A DNA stretch of 64,000 nt from Isurus oxyrinchus. Its lineage: Eukaryota. Numbering within the stretch: the first letter of the stretch is position 1; each line of letters begins with the position of its first letter. The position numbers and the translations under genes are program-made. The notes beneath the pieces are model-generated. The model worked only from the letters and a program-made list of their open reading frames with translations, did no database searches and was not told where the DNA came from. Shown here one piece after another: positions 63,357-64,000 of this stretch. The stretch is taken from positions 35,588,001 through 35,652,000 of the forward strand of contig JANJGN010000026.1 in assembly GCA_026770705.1 (NCBI GenBank). The letters are read 5' to 3'.

Positions 63357-64000
63357 TGTTAAAAAAAATGTTCAAGCAGGAAAGATCAATCATGCGGGAG
63401 TTTAAAATGCAAACTCAATACATATTTAAAACGAACGAAGATATGGAGTGTTTTTGATCCACAGCCATCGCCAGCAGCCTGAGTTTGACAGTAAAAACCA
63501 ACACGATTATAGAAATCAGGGAAAGAATGTATTGTTGACAGGAGGAAACTGATTACTGATTACACAATCCATAGGAGATGGGTCTGGAACTCTGCAGCCG
63601 GGAAAACCTCTCTTGCGGGGGAAAAGCAAGCTCACGTCCCTCTGCACGGCTGTAACAACCGATGTCAAATACAGAGCAGAGGCAGCAATCCCTCCAGTAA
63701 AGCAAGCAAGCCAGGTCAGGGCGAGAGCAGCAAGTGAAATTTGCGGGCTGGGCTTCAAATAGTAGTGTTGCCACATGTAACATCCATGTGTGAGGGATTT
63801 TCGGTTTGTTCTCACTTTCTGTCACAATGATCCCTTCCTCCTTTCTTTGAAAGAATCCATTCCAAGAAGAACAAATCCTGCCTCTGTGACCTGCAGATGG
63901 CGAATATGTGAGTGATAATTCGGAATGTACTCTGTGCCACACTACAATTGCAGATGGAGGAGTATGAGGCAGTTCCTGCAATAAAGAAACACATGCTGCA

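Overview
Vertebrate genomic DNA, most likely from a shark or other cartilaginous fish, covering part of the variable-gene region of the T-cell receptor alpha/delta (TRA/TRD) locus. I find about 20 TCR V segments or relics (leader exon, intron, V exon, 23-bp-spacer RSS) in mixed orientation. Only three look intact (4329-4896, 8999-10078, 26183-26723), and all three are on the minus strand. The main feature is a complete NAR-TCR cassette on the plus strand. It has an IgNAR-like V (45800-46316), a 12/12-RSS D (46614-46688), a 23-RSS IgNAR-type J (46995-47080) and a leaderless supporting TCRdelta V with a CDR1 cysteine (50013-50351). That supporting V is followed by an unusual 63-bp-period tandem array of 23-RSSs. 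The cassette carries three separate lesions and sits inside a ~1.3-kb inverted duplication. Interspersed are a two-exon GPR139-like GPCR pseudogene and two orphan copies of its first exon, Penelope-like retroelements (one with an intact minimal hammerhead ribozyme motif), CR1/L2-type LINE and SINE fragments, a tRNA-Arg(TCT) pseudogene, minisatellites, many CTCF motifs and four assembly gaps. No TCR constant exon or TRAJ/TRDJ array is visible. All calls are by eye; no database search was run.
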